From assembly GCF_006345805.1 (NCBI RefSeq), contig NC_043000.1:55490001-55554000 (forward strand): a DNA stretch of 64,000 nucleotides, given 5' to 3'. The position numbers were made by a program, and so were the translations under genes. Every line of letters begins with the position of its first letter. Position 1 is the first letter of the stretch. The notes under the pieces were generated by a model. That model was not told the DNA's origin. It did not search any database and was given only the letters and a program-made list of their open reading frames with translations. Source of the DNA: Octopus sinensis (lineage: Eukaryota). Of the stretch, positions 1 to 13,082 are shown in pieces.

Positions 1-88
1 GCGAAATTTGAACTCAGAACTTAAAGACAGACGAAATGCCGATAAGAATTTTTCCCTGTGGGCTAACGATTCTGCCAGCTTGGCGCCT
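1..88 (-). mobile_element. tRNA-derived SINE family A, 5' head fragment (cut by window edge)
   Basis: Matches the copy at 9205-9428 (GAATTTGAACTCAGAAC...GACGAAAT...TTCTGCCAGC); the reverse strand reads a B-box-like GAGTTCAAATT. Confidence 0.75.
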
Positions 89-92
89 TATA

Positions 93-93
93 C

Positions 94-168
<75 letters not shown>

Positions 169-174
169 TAATAA

Positions 175-265
<91 letters not shown>
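93..265. repeat. (AAT)n microsatellite
   Basis: Nearly pure AAT run; explains the poly-I/N/L ORFs. Confidence 0.98.
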
Positions 266-266
<1 letters not shown>

Positions 267-445
267 TCCTAGACTTGCCCAAAACCACTACATGTTGTGG
301 CGACACGACCAGGTAGCGAAAGTGCTACACTGGAAACTGCGGAAAGTGGGGCTAAAGAGAAACAAGACGTGGTATGAGTACCAACCCCAGAGAGTGGTGG
401 AGTCGGAGACTAGCAAAATCCTCTGGAATTTCCCAATCCAGATAC
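266..445 (+). mobile_element. R4/Dong-clade (RLE) non-LTR retrotransposon fragment, post-zinc-knuckle region
   Basis: Translates RHDQVAKVLHWKL...WYEYQPQRVVESETSKILWNFPIQ, the H-D-x-V...W...KILWDF block preceding the restriction-like endonuclease; begins directly after (AAT)n. Confidence 0.75.
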
Positions 446-2029
446 TCAATGTGCGTGCAGATACTCCAATGTTCGATTTCCTGGAGTCAGAAATAGAGGT
501 CAATAATTCTCTAATAATCTTATTCCGTCTAATGGCCACAATAGGCAGCTGAGGAAATATCTGTTTGAAACGAGGATAATTTTTCGTTCATGCTGGTGAC
601 TTTCATACAACACTTTTGAAATGCCATTATGGTTTACAAAAATGACATGTAACATTACAGCTACGCTGCTCCGCCGTTCTTGTGTCTATTGAATGGCTTT
701 CGTTCTCTCATGTCTGTGAGTAAGTGCCTTATCTCTGACAATGCAAACTTCGTGCTTCGCGTCGAAAAAAGGGTGAAGGGCAAATCTTAGCGGAGCACGT
801 CGGTTGCAAATCTTTTCCTAGGCGTTTTTCGAAGATTCTATGTCTCTATTCTCGTTCGTTTTCTCTAACGCAACGAAATCTTATAGATTGTACAGTTCCA
901 AGGTTCGCCCAAATTTCATCACGGTATCTTTTTACTTTTAGTATCATGCTATGGTTTCCCAACCTACAAATTTCACCACTTGCTACTTCGGGTGATGTAT
1001 CTAAGATTTTTACTCGATTCACTTTCTGTTCTATGTAAATAGGAAGAAGTGTAAAATATTCAAATATTTGTGGGGCGGTGAAATACTTCTAAGCTAAAGT
1101 TTCCGAATGAAAGATATCTTGGATATATGCGAGATACTTATATGCATGAGCATGACACACAAAACTGATGCATAATCAAATGATTTTGTTTAAATTGTCT
1201 TACTTAGTCTGAAGGTATACGCTCCAATCTGTGTTTTTTCATAGATAAGCATATATACAGCATTGTTTTGCTTCAGATGTTATCTAAAAGGTGTCGTGGT
1301 ACATTGGTCGCATATTTTCTGTTTTAGTCTATTCATGTGTTTCTGCGCTCCATTTAAACATTCATGTTTATTGCGCAATAGGATGAAATGGAACAAGTTT
1401 GTTATCTTAGCAAAAAACAAAGAAAATTATTAATTGCTGAGGTTTCACTGCTGCTGTTGATTGCATTATCGTGATCACTGATTTTGTTGTTTCTCATTGA
1501 GATATTGGAGCTATTGTTGCCGTTGTTATTATTATTTTTATGTTGTTGTTGTTATTCTTGCTGTTGTTGTTGTCGTTGTTGCTGTTGTTGATATTGCAAG
1601 CTTATTTGATTGGCATGTCATTGTTTCTGTAATCACAACTGTTCTTGATTGCTTTTCTTGCTAGGGCCAATGCTTCTAAAATTATTAAATACTAATATGT
1701 ATGCCCCATTGTGATAATTGGTGACTGCAAAAAACGGTTTCAGCTTCAAACGCTTCTCCCACATTACTCTCTGGACGACACGGAGGACACCATTTTGAAG
1801 GTTTCGTTTCGAAAGGTTTTCACTCCTAAATCAATTTGCCCCATAAACTGAGTAACAGAAACGGTTAATCAGTCCTTTATGGTCTTAGGCAAATAAAAAA
1901 CACGTTAAAAGAATAAAATCAGCAAAACTCAAATTTCCATTTAGGAAAACAAGGCATAGACTCACGGTGTTTCCAAAACATGTTGGGTTTAGGAGATAAG
2001 CCACATCAATAGCAATAATAAAAGTAATA

Positions 2030-2242
2030 ATAAGGTTTCAAATTTTTCACAAGGTTAATAAGTTCGAAGGAAAGAGTAAAACGATTACATGGATCCCAGT
2101 GATCAATTGGAAAGTTTTATCGAGCCCAAGAGGATGAAAAACCAAGCGACTGACGCTGAATTTGAACTTAGCGCGTGAAAGCGGGCAAAATGCCGTTAAG
2201 CACTTTGGTAGGTGTGCTGAGAATTCTGCTAGCTCGCCGTCC
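2030..2242 (-). mobile_element. tRNA-derived SINE family A, diverged
   Basis: GAATTTGAACTTAG...TTCTGCTAGCTCGCC head and GGATGAAA body shared with 9205-9428 and 22126-22355. Confidence 0.7.
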
Positions 2243-2259
2243 TATTTATAATGATGATG

Positions 2260-3245
2260 TAATCAAATGAATATGAGCAGGAACAAACTTACAAATAGCT
2301 CGGAATAAATGAGGGCTCTGGCATTCAACATGCAATTATGAAAGAGAAGATCAGGAAGGAGTGCTGCAGGAGAGTTCGAACAGTCCTAAAATCCGAGTTA
2401 AATACATGTAGCAAGGTGTTAACTATAAATTCCATAGCAGTTCTGGTTGTTATTTACAGTTTCAAAGTGTTGAACTGGAATATGTACAAAATAAGCTACT
2501 GAGCTGCAATAAGATGCACCACCAAAAGGCAAATGCAGATCGTCTTTACCCACCCGTAGCTCAAGGAGGTCGAGGCTTGATCCAATTTGAAATCGCCTAA
2601 AAAACCACTACAAGTGGACTGGCAAAATATCTTGAAACATTTAACGAGTGGATACTAAAGCTCGTTGAAAGCCATGAAAGACGTAAGAAGCTTCATTGTG
2701 TGAAGGAATGCAAAATATTTTCAAGTGAGTTTATGCATAATACCCACATTGAATAGCATGAGGGAAATGCAGCAACTATAGGTTCAAAAAGGTGTAATAA
2801 ATAACAAATATCAGAAAATATAAAAATTTGCTAATCGTAATAAAAAAGATGTGACATCCCAAGACGGTTATTGTAGGTGATAGTAGAAGCACTTGAAATG
2901 ATAAAAAAAGAAACTGAAAGTTATTTAAGAATGATCCCTGGCTTACCATCCATGCAGGAAGTGCAAAAGATAGTCTTAACTGGTAGGTCACACGGATTGA
3001 GAAGAGCACTGTCGCTGTGAATTTTCCTTCGTTTTTACCCCTTTATTTTCTTTGCTCACTTTTCAATTTTATATCTTTTCCTTTTTCTCTCTGTCTTTCC
3101 TTTTTTTCTCTATCACGTAATTCTGTAAATGAGCAATCTAGTGTGTTTGTTGTAATGGCCTACCATTGTATACAGTACGTCGCTCTGCCCTAGGTGTCAT
3201 TCAGCAAGAAATGAAAACAGAATTGACAAAAAATACAAATGAAAA
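2260..3245 (+). mobile_element. R4/Dong LINE 3' fragment with internal deletion
   Basis: 2270-2830 is homologous to 29000-29530 (EQEQTYK...NEGSGIQHA). It then jumps to the C-terminal IVGDSRST*NDKK...LSL block at ~2860, so the zinc knuckle and RLE are missing. The 3' UTR (GCCCTAGG...CAAGAAATG) runs into (AAT)n. Confidence 0.85.
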
Positions 3246-3274
3246 TAACAACAACAACAGCAATACTAATAATG

Positions 3275-3343
<69 letters not shown>

Positions 3344-3385
3344 GAAATGATAATAATAATGATAATAGTAATGATGATGATGATG

Positions 3386-3465
<80 letters not shown>
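3246..3465. repeat. (AAT)n/(GAT)n microsatellite
   Basis: Direct reading. Confidence 0.97.
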
Positions 3466-3466
<1 letters not shown>

Positions 3467-4020
3467 GCCCTGATGCAGTACCAGGCAGAGGCTCTCATGG
3501 CTTCTGATCTTAACTGATTGGAAGTGGTATCATGTACATTGTTCTGTCTTGGTATAAAAGATGGGCTACAGCAAATATTCTGCTCAATACCACAGATTTG
3601 CTTGTCAGTTGTTTGACCTTAACCAGTTGAGCATGCCCCTTAGTGGCTGACAATACGTGCATCTCTGATCACGAGCAGAAGTAGTGGGGGAGCATCATGG
3701 CCATGTGTTGAGAGGGATTCTTTGGAGTTTGAATAATTCACCTCTGGAAACATAGGTGTTTCGTTCAACATCCTAAAGCAACCCTTATTCAGGGACCTTT
3801 TGAGCGGGATGGGCTACTCAACCTGAAGATAATTCTAACTGGGCCCCACCTGCAAGGTCATGTGCTGTTTATCTTGATATGAGATCACCATGTCGCGCAC
3901 ATATGGTTGTGATGCATGTGCCTGGTGTACCTTTATCAGACGGGTAGTCATGATGGGTATATTGGGCTTCGTATATTTTACCCCAGTGTCACTTTGATGG
4001 CATGAACTGCTCTCTCACTC
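3467..4020. mobile_element. Non-coding ~550-bp interspersed repeat ('element X') embedded in (AAT)n
   Basis: Bounded by AAT runs on both sides; second copy at 4504-4850; no ORF. Confidence 0.75.
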
Positions 4021-4034
4021 AATAATAATAATAA

Positions 4035-4430
4035 GCTCAGAAAATATAAAGAAAATATAAACTCATTGAAATTGAGAAAATGTGGCATCTCAAGGCGGTT
4101 ACAATACCAGTGATCGTAGGAGCACTAGGAATGATCAAGAAGGGAACCGAAAATTATATGAGAATGATCCCTGGCTTACCATCCCTGCAAGAAGTGCAAA
4201 AGATTGTCTTAACTGGTACATCACACGTATTGAGAAGAGCATTGTCGATGTGAGAACCGTTGCTGCTCATGTATTTTAATTTAACTTTAAAAAAAAAAAA
4301 AAAAAAAATGAACGAACTACTGAGTTTGGTTTAATGGCCTACCAATATACACTATGAGTTTCTTTGCCCTAGGAGTCGGGAAGACACTCGGCAAGAAATG
4401 GAAGAAAATTTGAAAGAAGAAAAAAAAAAG
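4035..4430 (+). mobile_element. R4/Dong LINE extreme 3' end (5'-truncated)
   Basis: LIEIEKMWHLKAVTIPVIVGALGMIK...VLTGTSHVLRKALSM*, matching 28170-28300; 3' UTR GCCCTAGGAGTCGGGAAGACACTCGGCAAGAAATGGAAGAAAATTTG followed by (AAT)n. Confidence 0.9.
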
Positions 4431-4448
4431 TAATAATAATAATAATAA

Positions 4449-4480
<32 letters not shown>

Positions 4481-4503
4481 TAACAACAACAATAATAATA
4501 AAT

Positions 4504-4850
4504 GCCCTGATGCAGTACCAGACAGTGGCTCTCAAGGTTTCTGATCGTGACTGACTGAAAGTTTTATAAGGTACGTTCTTTTGTCTTGGTATAAAAGATG
4601 GACTACAGCAAATATTCTGATTAATACAACATATTTCCTTGTCAGTTGTTTGATATTAAGCAGTAGAGCATGTACCTTAGTGGATGATAATATGTACATC
4701 TCTGATCATGAGCAGAAGTAGTGGGGGAGCATCATAGTCATGTGTTGACAGGAATTCTTTGGAGTTTGGATAATTCACATCTAGGAACACGAGTGTTTCG
4801 TTAAACATCCGTAAACAACATTTATTCAGGGAACTTTTGAGTGCTATGGA
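4504..4850. mobile_element. Second, truncated copy of element X
   Basis: GCCCTGATGCAGTACCAG... aligns with 3467-3810; starts at an (AAT)n tract and ends at a (CA)n/(TA)n run. Confidence 0.75.
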
Positions 4851-4870
4851 CTACGCACACACACACACAT

Positions 4871-4915
<45 letters not shown>

Positions 4916-5005
4916 CAGGTTGCGGTCAATAAAATGTTGTCTAAATTACGCAAAAATGAAAATAACTCTGATATCTCATCTTAACAGATATGCTTACCAA
5001 AATTA

Positions 5006-5036
<31 letters not shown>

Positions 5037-5048
5037 ACACACACACAC

Positions 5049-5101
<53 letters not shown>

Positions 5102-5199
5102 CATTCTCAGTATCCAAATGTAATGATAACAGATGTAGAGCGTGGCAATAGACGCATACTGCTAGATCCATTAGAACAAAAATAGACAGATTTTCGCAA

Positions 5200-5480
5200 A
5201 TGCAGATATGAAGTGCAAAAGCAGAAATTTGCTCTACAGCATTAAATGTCTGAAATGCGAGGAACTATACAATGGTGAAGCAGGGAATGCATTATCGGAA
5301 CGGTCGCGCTTCCACAGACAGCCAATCCAGAACACTAATGTTCGCTAAATTCCGTTGACCGAACATATGGGCAGAAAATATTTCTAATTTTTCCTTTCCA
5401 AAACTACATGATCCAAGTGAGGTTGGAAGAAAATTAAAAGAAAAACGACCAATTAAAATGTTGAAACCTGCTCTGAAGGG
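5200..5480 (+). mobile_element. Penelope-like element GIY-YIG endonuclease remnant
   Basis: From 5202: ADMKCKSRNLLYSIKCLKCEELYNGEAGNALSERSRFHRQPIQ, matching the PLE C...N-x-I/L-Y-x-I-x-C-x2-C-x3-Y-x-G-E...L-x-E-R-x3-H pattern; stops follow. Confidence 0.75.
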
Positions 5481-5725
5481 AAATAACAACAATACTATAA
5501 CAACTAGTTAATGATGTGGATAAAAAGAAACTTTTAACATATGAATATAAACAAATGACAGAAGACTCCCACCAACTGAAATAAAATACGATCAAAACCA
5601 ACTAAGTTTGCTCACTCATAAAACCATTAGATGTAAACCGCAAGTTAATTGGGGAAAATAAAGGCCCGATCTATGCCAGTAATATCGGTACGCCCGGTGA
5701 ACCGCGACGTTTAATCTGCGAGCGG

Positions 5726-5810
5726 ATTGGTCAAAACCGTAGTCTAAAAATTCAGCTTGGAGCTCTCTATGAGGTATAAAAAGGTATAAAAAGGAACAAG
5801 TCAGTCACTT
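5726..5810 (+). promoter_or_regulatory. Candidate Pol II core promoter (CCAAT + TATA + Inr)
   Basis: ATTGG at 5726-5730, TATAAAAAGG twice (5775, 5785), TCAGTC at 5801 (A at 5803 is 28 nt from the first TATA), inside a locally GC-richer island. Confidence 0.35.
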
Positions 5811-6286
5811 TAGTACGGTTGTCAAGACCTCAACTGTCAGTTAAATGCATTTTGAAATCTGATCTTTAGTAAGAAACGTATGAAAACGCTAATTGAACTT
5901 TATGAACATTACATTGTAAATTTTTTTTTTCAAATACCATTAAAAATCCTGAAAACCAGATAATGTTTTAACTTTATTCAACTGATATATTATTCTATAC
6001 ACATTTGCAAAAATTATTTCTCCTTTTTTATTTCCTTTTCTTATTTTTTTTTTCTTCTTCCATTTCTTCTTCTACCCCCTAGGTTGCTACTTCTTAAACC
6101 AGCAATTTTCTGTACCCAAACTATTCATTAAAATTTATTACTAACTACCTACCTACCAGGAATAGAAAGAGGGACAGAGTGTCTGAAAACTATGGAAATA
6201 CTTACCTATTCAAAGACTATGAAAATATCAACAAAATATTTCACTTAATATTTTTCTCCAATTGAATTGTTTTTCTTATTTTATTC

Positions 6287-6324
6287 TTAGTTGAAAAGTC
6301 TAAAAAGCCGGAAACCGGTACTAA
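6287..6324 (+). ncRNA. Decayed minimal hammerhead ribozyme motif (Penelope-type pseudo-LTR)
   Basis: TTAG-TTGAAAA-GTCT-AAAA-AGCC-G-GAAA-CCGG-TA-CTAA: helix I TTAG/CTAA and palindromic helix III ACCGGT are intact; the core is mutated (CUGAAGA to UUGAAAA). Confidence 0.45.
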
Positions 6325-6379
6325 AATGTACTTCATGATGAATTGTTTTTAGTAGTTTCCACCTTGCCTTATTTTCCTT

Positions 6380-6426
<47 letters not shown>

Positions 6427-9204
6427 CAGTAAACTACCCGCCTATACACTTCGTATTTTATGCATTTTCTCCAGTTATTAGATGTAGTGTTTAACGGTGG
6501 TTTGTTCTGAATCTTCTTGATATAACTACAAAGTTAGTTTGAGCAAGTACAGGGCCCACATCCTGAGGTTTATGAACATGAAATTTATGATGATTATACT
6601 TGGCGTTCCTTATTATACCTTTTGTAGTTTCTTTCCGATAGACCTGGAGTGTTCCAAACGTGTTGTAATAGTCAGGAATAAAAGGAAATACCAACTCGAA
6701 TTTCTTTCTGTAAGGACATCGAATCCCCCAAATATAATATAGAAAATGTTGTGAGGAAAGTAGAAAATGCTTCATATTATCGGTTAGCCCTGAATGAAAT
6801 GAACCACGAAAAGAAAACAAGAATGCCAACAGAAAGAAATAAATTATATCATTTAATGACTGCTGTGTTTTTATGATACCGCTTTATCTGTTTGTTTTTT
6901 ATGAAGAATGTGTGTTGTGACGATTGATGTATTTTTTGCCTGTTATATGTTTTCCGTAAAGTTGGACAGCGATTGAATATACGCCGAGGCAATTTTGCAG
7001 AATATGGTTTGAGTAAGTTGGCGATTTGTGGTATTGTCTATAATATCGGGTAACAATTATGTAAGAGTGCCACATGTTCTTTATTGGCTGCCGATTTGTT
7101 TCAGCAAGTAACCATTTGCCCGCACTATCTAAGGGAACCCACTGCAGATTAAATTTTTAAGTACTTATACGAAATAAAACAACGGTTTAAAATTTAGGGC
7201 TTAAAACCAATATTGTAATTTAATATAAGCGGCATACATAATACTTTAGAAAATTAAAGATACCTTCTTTTTATCAGAACAGACGCCCCAGCACTACAGA
7301 TTCTTGCAATTCCCTCGTGGCATTATAAATTTTCCTACCTTTGATTTCTGTGATCTACAATATGTTATGTGTGGATTGTTTTATATTTTTAGCGGTAGTT
7401 CTGTATACTTTCTGTTGCTTTGGTTATGTTATTCTATTGAGCGGTGATTGTATCACAAAGAGTTAGTCATCATGAAATGCGACAGAGATTATTTGAACAA
7501 AGCAAGCAGTTCAGCTCTAAAGCAAAACAAATGTCCCAATAACTAAATAACAAACAAAAGAGAAATCAATCTCGCTTACTTCAAACATGACATGAATAAA
7601 AGGAAAACAGTTCTGCCGAATCAAAGGAGGGAATCATAAAACGAAATGCATCCCTATTACAAGAGGAATATTCCAAGAGAACTCCCTTTTTCACTCCTAT
7701 TCTGCCTGGTGATAAATAAAATTGAATCGGGAAACAAATGGGTTGGGATGATAATCAACCCTCTTTTAAGTTGTATCTTGTATATGATTATTATAAATAC
7801 TGTTACATACAATACAAGCGTTCAGTGGAGGAGAAAAACGAGCGAAGGCAATCTCGAAGTGGAAGAAATAATAAATGTCACAAATATTCTGTTAGAAAAA
7901 GGAACCGATAAGGGAATTAAGCAATCTGAAATTTACAAATACTAAGTTATTACATTTACCCGGAATATAGTGAGATAGGTGTCTTGTACAACTAAGAAAA
8001 AGGACTCTTTCTAGGACTATGAACACATTTAGTTAACGATAATGGAAGCCCATGCAAATAGTTTCAATTCCTGAATAGAATATAAACAGTATTCTGCTCG
8101 AAACCAATAGATGTAAAACAAAGTTCTAGTTTGCAGTGAAAAGGATAGATGATCAATGATTTAAATTTGTATATTAGAACTAGTTTCGTGATTACAAAAT
8201 TTCAAGCTTTTTCTTACTCCTTTTTTTTTCTTTTTGTCTTTAGTAGGACCACCTTCAATGTAGCCAATATGGGAGAAGAGAGAGTAAAATAGAAGTGGAT
8301 GTAGATGAAATCTTGTCAAGAACTATCGGAATCGAAGCTAAATTAAAGTATCTTAATCATATCAAAAAACGAAGTTTCATGCCATTAACGTGTAATGAAA
8401 CACTATAAACTGTAATTAAAGATTTAGTATCATAGTGGTTCTTGCTGCTCACATGTACCATTAGTAAATATACATTCATGCTTGACAGTGATGGCGCTTT
8501 CATACAGTGAACAATCTATGTGTTAGTATTGTTAAATACACACTAGAAATAGATGATAAACTATACACCACGAAAAGTGTTAGATACTGGCTCAACAAAT
8601 ATACCATGACATGAGTATACCAGTCCATGTAATATGGCAAATCGTTCATATATTATTGTAAAACCAGCAAAAGAAAATATCTCCAAACTGAAATGTCTAA
8701 GAGAGAAAATATCTGAACACCTATACAATAAAATAATTGATATTGAAAAAAACGTGCTGCTTTGTTTATGTAATTTTTTTGTTTTGTTTTTTGTTCGTTT
8801 TTTTTTGGTGGTGGTAGTGGTGGGGCTTCTCGAAGACCATGCCCTTGTTCTGAGACGCCGAGAGCGCTTCTTAAAGTGATATTAGCAACAAGGGATGCCT
8901 CTACATACGTGAGTTGAGAACAGTCACTGCTCTCGGTTGCAAAACACATTACTTTTGGGAGGAGAATTTACAGAAGTTATATTTTATCGTTGTTGATGCG
9001 CGAGATACCGTGACTGTGACAGCGCAAACAAAGCGTCCGCCGTCATATTGTATTTTGAAAGAGTGCGAGTCTTAAGCTGATCTGATGCAGGATTATGATG
9101 GGAAGGAGATGCTGTGCTGCAGATGAAGTCTCAAAATCTTGATTCTGTGTTCTTGGGCCAGTGACAAAGAGAACTAGGACGACAGAAGGTTTACCAAGTA
9201 TGTA

Positions 9205-9428
9205 ATAGAAGTATCTATTTTTTATTGCCCACAGGGGGCTAAACGTAGAGGAGACAAACAAGGACAGACAAAGGGATTAAGTCAATTACATCGACCCCAG
9301 GGCGTAACTGGTACTTATTTAATCGATCCCGAAAGGATGAAAGGCAACGTCGACCTCGGCGGAATTTGAACTCAGAACGTAGCGGCAGACGAAATACGGC
9401 TACACATTTCGCCCGGCGTGTTAACGGT
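9205..9428 (-). mobile_element. tRNA-derived SINE family A, near full length
   Basis: Minus strand GCTGGCAGAACCGTTAACACGCCGGGCGAAATG...GAGTTCAAATTCCGCCGAGGTCGAC...ATAAGTACCAGTTACG; several homologues in the window. Confidence 0.85.
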
Positions 9429-9949
9429 TCTGCCAGCCACGATGGTTTACGTGTCCTGTTGTACACTGAGTTATACATATGGCGCAAGTGTTGCTGAATA
9501 TCGTCTTTCTGCAATTTGAAACCGGACCACCAGTAGACAGGATTTTATTCCATAGTCTGCCAGCTATCCAGTTCTTACATGTGTAGGGTAACAAGCTTTT
9601 AAAAAATGTTCCTGGCAGTTCAAATCTCGTTGATAACCTCAATCTAGCTTAGCTAGCTTGCTAGTGCCTGTGCCCAGAAGTTGTACGCTGCATGTAGGAT
9701 GTTCGTGAAGCTATAGCTGGGGAAATATGTAGTAAGTAGAAGTCAATGACAAACGAGCCTAATATGTTCTTAGAAAATATGCTATTCATTCCAGGCTCAT
9801 ATCTAAAGGTAATAAGCCTTTTCTACAAAAACTTATAAAATATTAAGTATCATGTAGTACATAGCAGGTTAAAGTAATTAATTTTCTCTCTCCACTCATT
9901 TGCGTCACATGGGCTAAACTACCCTCCTTTCTTCATCTGACACTTGATT

Positions 9950-10510
9950 CTTCTCATCACCTTCATTCTCTCTTCATTGATACCACACCCCACACTCCCA
10001 CAACCACACATCACACCCCACACCACCACATCCCACTACAACACACCACTCCACACACACTAGCAGTGATCACTTCCCAGCCCCCACACCACACACCATT
10101 ATTCGCACACACACACACAATCATACACGCACACACATTACAGACTTACACACGTAAACATCAGCACACGTCAATGTCACTAGCCCCTATCCACACACAC
10201 ATACACATCTTCACATTCACACACAGGCACGTGCGCCTTCGTTTTGATATCACCAATACTTTATTATCTCCCCTTCTTTCAACCTCTCATGTCAAACCTT
10301 CTTTTTTCCAACCAGTCGTCATGCTTGACTGCTAGATTCACAAGTATTTAAAATTCTCTCTCTGTATATTTCTCTTATACCTTTTTGTTGAAGTGCGTTG
10401 GGTCAAAACGTAAAAGACTTTCTCACTTAGCCGAGCATCAAACTAATACACCTGCTTGTGTTCATACACATGTCTTCGACTTTTGTTTTTCTGAAATTTT
10501 CAACTAATAC
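9950..10510 (+). mobile_element. Probable Penelope-like 3' end / pseudo-LTR with decayed hammerhead (10388-10416)
   Basis: CAC-rich low-complexity tract, then CTTTT-G-TTGAAGT-GCGTTGGGTC-AAAA-CG-TA-AAAG, which fits a decayed CUGAAGA-GC..GCUC-GAAA-CG-UA layout with CTTTT/AAAG helix I. Confidence 0.4.
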
Positions 10511-10899
10511 TGTGTAACTTCTATTACGCATTCACAACATTCCGTGTAAACAAAGCTTTCTTACTTCTGGTGGTATACAATAAGTACCGATCAAGCTGAA
10601 GGCTGACATGGTGGACTATATTTTACTCATCAAAATTTCTGGCTCTCTGACAATGTTAGAAGTTATCGTGCAATACATAAAAGATTAGACACATGCATTT
10701 ACCTTACATTATATGAACAGGGAATATTTGAAAGTAATTCATTGCAATTTGACACCCTTTACATGGACAGTTAAGATTCAATTACGGGAACCGATTGTTG
10801 GTTACTGGACATGATAGAAATATCCATCAAATTACACTCTTTCGTATTAAGGGGAATCTCTTATCCGTCTCTCTCTCTCTCTCTCTCTCTCGATATACA

Positions 10900-10966
<67 letters not shown>

Positions 10967-11479
10967 GGATAGAAATCCGGGATCTGGAATTAATAAATAA
11001 TTTTTTGCTAGTTTATTTTGACTCTTTGTCTTCTCTCCTGGTACTGTGTGAATATTTGATATGGTTTTAGACTCAAGATTTTACTGCTATATCTAGCATG
11101 ACGATATCATTTAGACACTCTTAATTATAATTACATATATATATGTATACATGTTTAGATTAGCTAAATATGTTTTGGTCTTCTCAATTGCATCCCACTA
11201 AAACAAAAACTCTCTCCCCTTTTTCCTCCCCAAATCAATAGGTCTGTATGTCTAGCACTTATCCAACTTCGCGTCGTGTATAGGAGAAATAATGAAACAC
11301 TTAACTACTCTATATTTTCTTAAATTGGAAACATTTCCATTTTTTATCTGATTTACTGCAACAATATTGAAACATTAAACGTTATTATTCTAGAACGGTG
11401 TTTATTAAATGTGTGTGTCTCTTACGTCACTTAAGTGAGGAGTAAAACTTGAGATATAGATTCAATTAAAACATCTATA

Positions 11480-11513
<34 letters not shown>

Positions 11514-12870
11514 AAGATTGGTGTGACTATCTGTGTGCGTTACTTGTATGTAAATTCGTCTATTCATTGTATATGGGCGCACATGTTCCTTTTGATTCTT
11601 TATTTTACTTTATATTTGAAAATATAAGAGGGTGTTACAAAAAATTGAAAACCACTATTTTAGAAGGCACTACGTGTTATGCACAATTTTCTTTGATAGA
11701 CAAATATCCAAGCTACTTCAACATATAAATCAAAGCAGAAAGCTTTAAGTGCTAGTTGAACTTCAAACATTACAGACTATCTTCCCTCAAATTACAAACA
11801 ATGGTTTATAAAAGAAACCACACGTGGAATAATTCACATGAAGAATAACATTGATTGTTGATTTGGCCTAACTGGGATCAACAGTGATGAATCAAATGAT
11901 AAAACGATTATTTGTTTCAGAGTCAATATACGGGAGAAACATAAGCTCTATATATTAGTACAAATGGGATAAGCCATTGTGATGATCTGGCTTTTACGAA
12001 GGTTATGATCTTTTTGCGTATGAGAAAGTATGAATTTCATAGCATCTAGTTTAATGGAATATTTACACTCAAGCTTTCCACTTTAAGAAGAGTAGAATTA
12101 AAGGAGACTGATAAATAATATTTGTGTAGTTAGCCGCTCAAAGAGATCTCTGATCTATCTAATATCTTAACAAAGCGTAACATTGTGCCCTCTACATTTC
12201 ATTTCTTATCCAATCCTAGTGTATTTAGGACTACATATCCAGTTGTTCTTTCCATGTAGAAGGTAGCAGGAATTCATTTGAGCTCAGATTTTGCGGTCAT
12301 TTAAGCTCAGATTTTGCGATAACTTAGAGATAATTTCGCAGACTCATAAGTGGAAATGTTCCTATACTGAGTGTATGGTCAATGTTAAAATAGATATTAT
12401 AATGAAAATTGTGTAAACGTTCGTACTGAGTATATGCATATTTGTCTTCAATTATGCGTGTGTGTGCATGTGTATCTGTGTGTCTGTGTTTGTGTGTACG
12501 CGCGCGTGCCTGCGTGCGCAGCATGAGTGTGTTTGCTCTCGCATGTCTGGTTCTGTATGTGTTTCTGTGTGCGTGTGTATGTGTGTATGTGTCTGCTCGA
12601 AAGAACGTTGAAATGACGAATGTAAGAGCGGAAAAGAAAATGATGAGAAAGATAAATAAGATCTGCGTAAAAAACAAACAAAAAAAAAGACGACAGTATG
12701 TGGGCAGAAACTTGATCTGCAGGTAAAAGCAATAAATATATAAAGTCAAAGAAATAATAAACATACTGACAAAGTAGAATAGTAGAATTAAAAGGGGGTG
12801 GGGGTGGAGGCGGAAGAAAAATGAAAATGAAAACAGAAGGTTAAAGAAGATTAAGGAAAAGGAGATAAAC

Positions 12871-12956
12871 GATGATGATGATGATGATGATGATGGTGAT
12901 GATGATGGTGGTGGTGGTGGTGGTGGTGGTGGTGGTGGTGGTGGTGGTGGTGGTGG

Positions 12957-12998
<42 letters not shown>

Positions 12999-13022
12999 CG
13001 ACGACGATGTTGATGATGATGT

Positions 13023-13060
<38 letters not shown>

Positions 13061-13082
13061 TTGACGACGACGTCGACGGCAA
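12871..13082. repeat. (GAT)n(GGT)n(GAC)n compound microsatellite
   Basis: Direct reading; source of the poly-S/P/M/V ORFs. Confidence 0.97.

Noticed and set aside
3467-3830. HDV-like ribozyme in element X (CCCTGA/TCAGGG pairing)
   Set aside because: The required P1.1 GG, P3/L3 and J4/2 elements could not be placed in the correct order by eye.
7646-7945. 99-aa ORF MHPYYKRNIP...
   Set aside because: No recognisable domain, no supporting splice structure, and the length is attainable by chance.
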